In this document: positions 1-5,620 of the stretch, piece after piece
How positions within the stretch are numbered: the stretch's first letter is position 1
Layout of the letters: each line of letters begins with the position of its first letter
From: Adineta steineri
Lineage: Eukaryota
Direction of reading: 5' to 3'
Assembly: GCA_905250065.1 (NCBI GenBank)
Contig: CAJNON010000274.1
Span: forward strand, 34,771 to 40,545
Length of the DNA stretch: 5,775 nucleotides
Position numbers and translations under genes: made by a program
Notes under the pieces: model-generated
What the model saw: the letters and a program-made list of their open reading frames with translations, nothing else
What the model was told of the DNA's origin: nothing
Databases searched by the model: none

Positions 1-398
1 TTTTAAGTTCTAAAGTACGTACCAAATTTTTTTGAAAATACACATTTTAAAGTACAGACTTTGCTCTATCTATGGGTGAAAGAATTAGGCTTCTAGCACT
101 TTCCGTTTATATACAATAGGTCTTGACATTTGTACGGATACTTTTGCATCGCGGGTTATGAACTGTATTAATATTTGAGCATAGTAATTTATGTAGTATA
201 TTATTCAACTAATAAAAACAACTGTGTAGTAACGTCAAACAAAAGCAGAAAAAATTCTACAGCAGATAAATATTTATATTGGTTTTATTCATAACTGTAA
301 TCATTACATAATTAAATTTTTATTTTTTCTATCACAGAGATTTACATAAATATATTTTATAATAACGTCTTTTAATTCAAAAACAAAATTCTGATTTC

Positions 399-425
399 AT
401 CTTGTTTTCAAGAAGAAAACAAGAT
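399..425. repeat. Perfect inverted repeat (hairpin): 11-bp stem, 5-nt loop, function unknown
   Basis: atcttgttttc (399-409) pairs base for base with gaaaacaagat (415-425). The loop is aagaa (410-414). It lies in ORF-free DNA about 370 nt upstream of the acetyltransferase ATG. Confidence 0.9.
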
Positions 426-706
426 ATAGTATTGAAAAAAAGTAAAACAATCTACTATTCTTTGAAATTGAATTCGGTTTGTCTATTTAAGGCTATCGAA
501 GCCTTCAACAGTAGAACCAGCAAGCCGTTTTTCTTAGTATTTTTTGTTCTTGATTATCTATACATAATTTCATAAAAGAAAAATATGTTATCATTGCATG
601 TATCATATTTGATAAGAATAAAATAAAACTGGGTACACGTAAATAATCAAAAGTTGAAGCAGAACGAAAAAAATAAATAACTCATAAAGCATCAGTCGCT
701 TATTAA

Positions 707-714
707 TATAAATA
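707..714 (+). promoter_or_regulatory. TATA-like element (TATAAATA) upstream of the acetyltransferase gene
   Basis: Exact TATAAATA about 80 nt upstream of ATG 795. A+T-rich background makes such strings common, so this is weak evidence. Confidence 0.2.
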
Positions 715-794
715 TTCGAAAGCAAAAAATGTTTTGCTGTTTCTTCATGATACAATCTTTTTAAAAAACGTGAGTAAAAAAATAAGAAGAATAC

Positions 795-1445
795 ATGTCC
801 TTAGTATCGAAACAAATGTCATCACCATTAATATTTAATATTCGTCTATTACATGAAGATGATTATAATCAAGTTTTATCGTTATTATTAAATTCATTTT
901 TTAAAGATGAACCAATTACACAATGTCTTCAAATAACTGAAACATTAGAATTTGCTAAAAATATTATTAATGGCTGTTTACAAGATCAATGTTCATTTGT
1001 TGCTTTAAATACAGAAACAAATCAAATAGTTGGAATTTGTCTCAATGAAATTAAACATAAAAATCAACGAAATGAAACAATTCAATCTGATGAAAAACTT
1101 GGTTTTCTGTTTCAACTTTTTGCTGATGTACATAAAAATTTAAATATTTTTGATAAATTAAATGCTCATACTCTACTTCATGTATTTATTATAAGTGTCG
1201 ATAAATGTGCACGTGGTCATGGGCTTGCATCACGCCTCATAGAAAAAAGTATTGAATATGCTAAAGAGTTAGAAATTGCTGGTGCATTTGCAGAAGCAAC
1301 AAATCTTATCTCATTAAAATGTTTTAAACAACAACAATTCAATATACTTGATGAACTTATATATATGAATTATGATTCAAAACGCTTAGCAAATCTTAAT
1401 GATGAAAATCATGATCGATGTTATCTTGTTGCTCGAAAATTTTAA
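795..1445 (+). CDS. GNAT-family N-acetyltransferase, insect-type arylalkylamine N-acetyltransferase (Dat/AANAT1-like), single exon, 216 aa
   Basis: Uninterrupted 651-nt ORF from ATG 795 to TAA 1443-1445. The translation carries motifs I recall from Drosophila Dat-like enzymes: 'FFKDEP' near the N-terminus, 'NIFD' mid-protein, and GNAT motif A 'ISVD..ARGHGLASRLIE' (R-x-x-G-x-G/A acetyl-CoA loop). AATAAA lies about 25 nt after the stop. Confidence 0.85.
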   Translation: MSLVSKQMSSPLIFNIRLLHEDDYNQVLSLLLNSFFKDEPITQCLQITETLEFAKNIINGCLQDQCSFVALNTETNQIVGICLNEIKHKNQRNETIQSDEKLGFLFQLFADVHKNLNIFDKLNAHTLLHVFIISVDKCARGHGLASRLIEKSIEYAKELEIAGAFAEATNLISLKCFKQQQFNILDELIYMNYDSKRLANLNDENHDRCYLVARKF

Positions 1446-1468
1446 TTAATAGAACTTTGAATATTGTC

Positions 1469-1474
1469 AATAAA
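1469..1474 (+). terminator. Putative polyadenylation signal (AATAAA) of the acetyltransferase gene
   Basis: First canonical AATAAA after the stop at 1445, followed by an A-run. Confidence 0.5.
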
Positions 1475-1880
1475 AAAAAATAAATAAGACTATCGTGTAT
1501 ACTATATTATTTTAATTAAAAAATTACTCTTTCTTGTGTATAATCGATAAAAGTAGTATTATAATACATGATTTATAATTAAAGAAAGAATTGCTAAAAA
1601 TAAATGGGCTCTTCACAAAGTGATATAGTCTATTTAACAGATTTAAACTTCTCTGTTAGTATTTAATTCAATATCACATCGTGGTTACCACAATGATCTA
1701 TATTACTAAGTTATTCTTTCATTCATCGAAATTTTATATTTAAAGAAGAGCTTCTCGATCAATGACGCCCTCTATCATTAAGTCCATCTAATATCCATTA
1801 CCATCCTTGCAATATAATATAACCAATTCTTAATCAAAATATCGAAATAGATCATTTTGATAGAAGAAAAAAAATACACG

Positions 1881-2331
1881 ATGTTAATTCCTCGTTTTTC
1901 ATTAACTCAAACTTCAACACAATTATTAATTACAATTCGATGTCCATATGTTAAATTCTCATCATCATCAAATGAAGAAAATAATGGTATTGAAATTGAT
2001 TTACCTTCACCAAATGAATTCTATTTTGCTTGTAAACCCTATTATCTTCATTTATATTTACCTGGTCGTGTAATTGATAAAGATGCATCTAATTATAAAT
2101 ATGATATTGATACATCTTCATTTTGTTTTACATATGAAAAAGAAACAAAAAATGAACAGTTCGAAAATCTTGATATGTTGACGACATTATTGAATAAAAA
2201 AGCAAAAGTATCATCAAATAAAATTGAAGAAATTGATAACGATTTAACAAATGAAGAAGAAGAAGATGAGGAGGAGGAAGAGGATGAAGATGAACCATTA
2301 TGGAATCAAATGAGACAACTTGAAATTGATG
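1881..2331 (+). CDS. SHQ1: SHQ1 homologue (H/ACA RNP assembly factor), exon 1: CS domain plus acidic linker
   Basis: ATG at 1881. The track's start at 1857 is a TTG. 'MLIPRFSLTQ...KPYYLHLYLPGRV...FENLDMLTTLL' is collinear with the SHQ1 N-terminal CS domain as I recall it (human 'MLTPAFDLSQ...KPYFLRLTLPGRI...FEGLNMLTALL'). The exon ends in phase 1 before donor GTATAT at 2332. Confidence 0.9.
2253..2294 (+). repeat. SHQ1: GAR-codon low-complexity tract encoding 14 consecutive acidic residues (EEEEDEEEEEDEDE)
   Basis: In-frame run of GAA/GAG/GAT codons read directly. It sits between the CS domain and the SHQ1-specific domain. Confidence 0.9.
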
Positions 2332-2387
2332 GTATATTAAAAATTAAAGTCTTTTTTTATTTTTATTTCTTATTCATTTATTTTTAG
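2332..2387 (+). other. SHQ1: SHQ1 intron 1 (56 nt, GTATAT...TTTTTAG)
   Basis: GT at 2332-2333 and AG at 2386-2387, with a T-rich tract before the AG. Removing it joins G(2331)+AT(2388-2389) into GAT and puts 'QPKENLISSYSYGF' in frame. The track's 'KIKVFFYFYFLFIYF*' tail is intron read-through. Confidence 0.85.
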
Positions 2388-2775
2388 ATCAACCAAAAGA
2401 AAATTTGATATCTTCATATTCATATGGTTTTAATCATCAATACAAAGATTTATTTACAACTTTTGATTCTGAATATTGTTTAATATTTGATAATCAATCA
2501 CCCGATACACTTCCAACATCATCGATTCGTTCATGTCGTTTAGAACAAGAACAAACCGATTTTAATTCTGAACATTATCTAGCTGATAAATATGAATTAA
2601 ATGATGAAACAATATTTGATTATAAATTAATTTTAGAAGATCAATTAGATGAACAAGATCGAGATGATTTAAAAAATCTTAAATATAAACAATTATTCAT
2701 TGATGATCAAATATCAATTTATTTAGGACTTATTGATTTACTCTATGCATTTGTTTATGATCAACGAATTACACA
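2388..2775 (+). CDS. SHQ1: SHQ1 homologue, exon 2
   Basis: 'YSYGF...SEHYLAD...LGLIDLLYAFVYDQRIT' matches the SHQ1-domain landmarks I recall ('YGF', 'HYLAD', 'LIDILLAYCYETRVT'). The exon ends in phase 2 before a consensus GTAAGT donor at 2776. Confidence 0.9.
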
Positions 2776-2827
2776 GTAAGTAAAACTTACATATAATACA
2801 AAAATATATATTTTTTTTTCTCTTTAG
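2776..2827 (+). other. SHQ1: SHQ1 intron 2 (52 nt, GTAAGT...CTCTTTAG)
   Basis: Consensus donor GTAAGT at 2776-2781, a pyrimidine tract, and AG at 2826-2827. Splicing gives CA+A = CAA (Q), then 'GEPCCESSWNIHKLSSTLSWF', which matches conserved SHQ1 'GE..VESAWNIRKLSPTLCWF'. The adjacent AG at 2828-2829 would break the frame. Confidence 0.9.
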
Positions 2828-3332
2828 AGGTGAACCATGTTGTGAATCTTCATGGAATATTCATAAATTATCATCAACATTGTCATGGTTTGATACATTT
2901 ACTGATCTTCCATCTGTTCTAACAGCATGTTGTCGTCGAACTTTAATCTATCCACTTATTCGTTCATTTAAACTTGCAAAAAAATGTTTACTTGATGTTA
3001 TAGAAATATTTTCAATGGGAAAATCTACAATACTTCAATGTTTACTTCAAATGAGACGTTTATTTTTGGATGAAGAACATCGATATTTATTAAATACACT
3101 TTATTTAAATGATTATTGTTTATGGATACAAACAGAATGTCAAACAAAATGGTTAGATTCATTAGTAGAAGCTATGAAACATACTATTGAATATGAACTT
3201 GATGAAAATAATCTTGAATTAAATTTTGAAGAAAAACATTTTTCTTGGAAAGTGACTTTACATGAAATTAGTGATACTGATGATGACGATGATTGTTCAT
3301 CATCATCATCATCAGATGAAAAGAATTGTTAA
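2828..3332 (+). CDS. SHQ1: SHQ1 homologue, exon 3 (terminal), with D/S-rich tail
   Basis: 'ESSWNIHKLSSTLSWFD...IYPLIRSFKL...MGKSTILQCLL...LNDYCLWIQ' is collinear with the SHQ1 C-terminal domain. TAA is at 3330-3332. The three exons total 1344 nt, which is 447 codons plus the stop. Confidence 0.9.
3297..3314 (+). repeat. SHQ1: (TCA)6 trinucleotide microsatellite, in frame (Ser x6), preceded by a GAT/GAC Asp run
   Basis: tcatcatcatcatcatca read directly. It is in the SHQ1 frame and encodes SSSSSS within 'DTDDDDDCSSSSSSDEKNC*'. Confidence 0.9.
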
Positions 3333-3337
3333 AGTTT

Positions 3338-3343
3338 AATAAA
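3338..3343 (+). terminator. SHQ1: Putative polyadenylation signal (AATAAA) of SHQ1
   Basis: AATAAA begins 6 nt after the stop and runs into an A-tract. A second AATAAA lies at 3431-3436. Confidence 0.5.
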
Positions 3344-3734
3344 AAAAAATATCTCAGGATTCACCGAATCATTTATGTTAATGATAGACTTGTAAAGAAA
3401 TTTTTTCAATTACATTGAATTGATTAAACTAATAAAATGAAACATCTTTACAATCAAAAAAAAATGTATTATTTCGTAAGTTTTTAAATAGTCATGCGAA
3501 TATAAACTAATATTATTATACTTACGATAAATTACTGAAGAAATATGTCTTTAAAAACATGCATCAAATCATTTTTACTATTATTTCTTATGCAGTTGAT
3601 ATGACAGGGATTGAAACGGTCGCAGAGTGAATGTAATATATTTGCTACACAATGATGTGGATGTAAGTACAGATTCTTCTGATTCATTACCCACATCTTT
3701 AATTCTCTGAACATACCATAATTACTTTAAATGT

Positions 3735-3740
3735 TTTATT
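3735..3740 (-). terminator. Possible polyadenylation signal (AATAAA on minus strand) of the 7TM receptor gene
   Basis: Plus-strand tttatt. This is the first canonical minus-strand AATAAA downstream of the proposed stop at 3970, about 230 nt away. Confidence 0.3.
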
Positions 3741-3969
3741 AATAAATAATATTTTATAGTGTGAGAACAAATTTTTCTTTTGTTGAGTTACATTTCTGCA
3801 TAAATAATTACTTAGCAAAAGTTGATTCTCTTCTAGATCATTTAAACATATATTTTTCATTTCCTGACAAAAACATTACAAAACAATAATTTTGATTCAT
3901 GAATGGAATAATGCACGAGATGATGACACAAAAAAAGGTATTTTAAGAACATAAAATATGTAGAATTAA

Positions 3970-4113
3970 TTATGTATTGTATGGTAATATTACTCTTCCA
4001 ATTGTAATTAAATGCAATGGATTAACTTGATGTGTTCTTTTGCACCACAATATTCGAGCTAATACAGCTTGACGAAAACGTCTTGATGAAATCATAAACA
4101 TATAACAACTTCC
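3970..4113 (-). CDS. Rhodopsin-like 7TM receptor, proposed exon 2 (end of TM7, helix 8, short tail; 47 aa plus stop)
   Basis: After the proposed intron the frame reads 'GSCYMFMISSRRFRQAVLARILWCKRTHQVNPLHLITIGRVILPYNT*'. This is a basic amphipathic F-R helix-8-like segment followed by a Cys, as expected after TM7 in class-A GPCRs. The exact 3' end is uncertain. Confidence 0.55.
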   Translation of the reverse strand, partial: GSCYMFMISSRRFRQAVLARILWCKRTHQVNPLHLITIGRVILPYNT

Positions 4114-4171
4114 CTAAAATAAATAATTTATAATGAAAATATATGTTCATAACAAAAATAAACGAGCATAC
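4114..4171 (-). other. Proposed intron of the 7TM receptor gene (58 nt, GTATGC...TTATTTTAG)
   Basis: Minus-strand donor GTATGC (4171-4166) follows complete codon GCC. The acceptor ttatttattttag ends at 4114. Length and T-rich acceptor resemble the two SHQ1 introns. A weaker alternative donor GTTATG would give a 40-nt intron with the same downstream frame. Confidence 0.55.
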
Positions 4172-4981
4172 GGCAAAGTAAAAACTTGTTAGTGTTAAAA
4201 TAATTACTGAAGCAAAGTATTCTTTTAATAATCGATCTGCACTTTTAGCAATGTTTGATGTTATTGAACTGTAAGTAGTGTAAATACCAAATGGAACCAT
4301 AAAAATAATAATAAATAATACTTGAATAAAAGTCATCTTTGTTATTTGTCGATCAGCATGTTGATCAAGAAGAACTCGTATCTGACGAATATTTCGATAA
4401 GTCAAATATCCAAATATAACTACAATTAAAAATGGAATGCCACAGAAGAGACCAATAAGATATAGAGGTATATAAATAGCATAGATAGCATTGATGTTTA
4501 CACATGTATTACTAGTCGGTATTATATCACGAAAGACAAGAACAGGAATTGCATGAAGACACCAGATTATAATGGAAATCAAAGTAATTCGATATGTCAA
4601 TTTCATATTACTATATCGACGAAGATTAGCATTCTTTGATGTAACTAAAAATTGATCGATTGTTGCCAAACATGAACATGTTACACTAATCAAACTAAGT
4701 GAAACAACAAAAAATTGTCTTAATTTACACCAAACTATTGATGTATGAGTGAAGTCGATTCCATAACCTATACTCATAATACGAGTAATAAGAGTGATTG
4801 ATATATAAGCTAGATTGAGTATTGAACAAATAAGAAAGTAAAATGTGCAAGGAGTGGTGCGATAAGTACGAATACTTAGGAAAATAAGAATATTCATTCC
4901 ATTGCCAGTAATACCTATGAGAAGAAGAAAATATCCAAAATATAATGTTATCTCATCAGCAATATATGATAACGATGTCAT
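4172..4981 (-). CDS. Rhodopsin-like (class A) 7TM receptor, exon 1 (TM1 to most of TM7; 270 aa)
   Basis: ATG at 4981-4979. Seven hydrophobic segments carry class-A landmarks: 'GNGMNILIF' (TM1 G-N), 'WC' at the top of TM3 with a Cys in ECL2 ('NTC'), 'ATIDQF' at the DRY position, Pro in TM5 ('GIPFLIV') and 'FMVPF' in TM6. Confidence 0.85.
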
Positions 4982-5190
4982 TTTTTCAATATTTGATATT
5001 ACTTGATATTGCGGATAACTTCACTTAATGATACATTAATAATATAACAAAATTGTTTAAATGAATGTTTTAATGCATTTATAGAGTCAAATGTCTTCAT
5101 GCTCATTAAATTCTTTGAAGAAAAAAAAACTGTCGTTATGGATTTACGCATGATATGAGCATAAACATATATTTGTCATTAAATTCTGGC

Positions 5191-5198
5191 TATTTATA
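5191..5198 (-). promoter_or_regulatory. TATAAATA on the minus strand, candidate TATA box for the 7TM receptor gene
   Basis: Plus-strand tatttata is the reverse complement of TATAAATA. It lies about 210 nt upstream of ATG 4981 and 4 nt downstream of the TGACGTCA palindrome. Several minus-strand ATGs lie between it and the start codon, which weakens the call. Confidence 0.2.
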
Positions 5199-5202
5199 CA
5201 TG

Positions 5203-5210
5203 TGACGTCA
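5203..5210. promoter_or_regulatory. Perfect CRE/ATF-type palindrome TGACGTCA
   Basis: Exact 8-bp palindrome and a G+C-containing island in A+T-rich intergenic DNA. It sits between the P450 3' end and the receptor 5' end. Confidence 0.25.
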
Positions 5211-5509
5211 TGAGAATTTTGTAAAAAATCATCAGATCAGATGTTGCTGTACAGACAGAATCATCTCTGCTCATAATTTAACATCAAAAATAGTAAAGGA
5301 ATGAATATACTTGTTTAATAGAAGAAAATAAATACCAACAATGATTAGTTTAACTCACCTTTTAATCTAATAAAGTTATAATTTATCTCCTCTCTTCATG
5401 TTAATAAACGTATAAGAAATATTGAACTTTTGAAGTAGTTCATTGAAAAGTAAAGATTTTGAATGAAAAATAAAACTAATAAAGTACACAAACGTTTGTC
5501 GAAAATATA

Positions 5510-5515
5510 TTTATT
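5510..5515 (-). terminator. Putative polyadenylation signal (AATAAA on minus strand) of the P450 gene
   Basis: Plus-strand tttatt. This is the first minus-strand AATAAA after the stop at 5621-5623, about 105 nt downstream. Confidence 0.4.
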
Positions 5516-5620
5516 TTTTCTAATGACAACTTATGATTAATTTGAGATAAATAATTAAAAAAGAAGTGAAGAGAATAGAATTAATTGCAGTAACAGATAT
5601 GACATTTTGAATAGAATAAT

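Noticed and set aside
729-764. An 11-codon upstream ORF (ATGTTTTGCTGTTTCTTCATGATACAATCTTTTTAA) and a GTGAGT at 770-775 before the acetyltransferase ATG
   Set aside because: The TSS is unknown, so the uORF may not be transcribed. The GTGAGT has no acceptor at a workable distance before the ATG, since the resulting intron would be under 20 nt.
1857-1880. The TTG-initiated N-terminal extension 'MIEEKKYT' of the first SHQ1 ORF, and TTG 'starts' at 2405 and 2880
   Set aside because: These are artefacts of bacterial start-codon rules. ATG 1881 aligns with the conserved SHQ1 N-terminus 'ML.P.F.L.Q', and 2405 and 2880 are internal Leu codons of exons 2 and 3.
3518-3525. 'atacttac', resembling the U1 snRNA 5' end (or GTAAGTAT donor on the minus strand)
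   Set aside because: The downstream sequence is A+T-rich with no U1-like stem-loops or Sm site. On the minus strand, every frame hits a stop before this donor, so it does not terminate a coding exon.
3595-3617. 'gttgatatgacagggattgaaac', which resembles a CRISPR repeat ending in ATTGAAAC
   Set aside because: It is a single copy with no second repeat or spacer periodicity anywhere in the window, in a eukaryotic context.
3652-3682. C-box-like TGATGT and D-box CTGA, suggesting a C/D snoRNA (tempting next to an snoRNP assembly gene)
   Set aside because: The boxes are only about 25 nt apart, the C box is imperfect, and the flanks cannot form a terminal stem. SHQ1 also acts on H/ACA RNPs, not C/D RNPs.
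3532-3714. The 60-aa minus-strand ORF 'MFRELKMWVMNQKNLYLHPHHCVANILHSLCDRFNPCHINCIRNNSKNDLMHVFKDIFLQ' as a real gene
   Set aside because: I recognise no family motif, and the Cys/His spacing fits no zinc-binding or twin-CX(n)C pattern I know. A second frame is equally open, and the ORF lies in the convergent 3' UTR zone. I kept it only as an unexplained-region note.
3899-3937. Plus-strand 'ATGAATGGAATAATGCACGAGATGATGACACAAAAAAAG|GTATTT', which looks like a start exon with a donor
   Set aside because: Any downstream exon would have to run antisense through the receptor gene. It is only 13 codons long, and I recognise no family motif in so short a peptide.
4991-5010. Tandem 10-mers 'atttgatatt/acttgatatt' immediately upstream of the receptor ATG
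   Set aside because: There are only two copies at 9/10 identity in low-complexity A+T-rich DNA, with no basis for a functional claim.
5103-5187. Exact 12-mer direct repeat 'tcattaaattct' at 5103-5114 and 5176-5187 in the receptor upstream region
   Set aside because: In sequence this A+T-rich, many exact 12-mer coincidences are expected per window, and the flanks do not extend the match.
5488-5499. Perfect 12-bp palindrome 'acaaacgtttgt' just downstream of the P450 poly(A) signal
   Set aside because: By rough estimate, a few perfect 12-bp palindromes are expected by chance in about 6 kb of this composition. Others exist, for example the all-A/T 'ataaatatttat' near 268-279.
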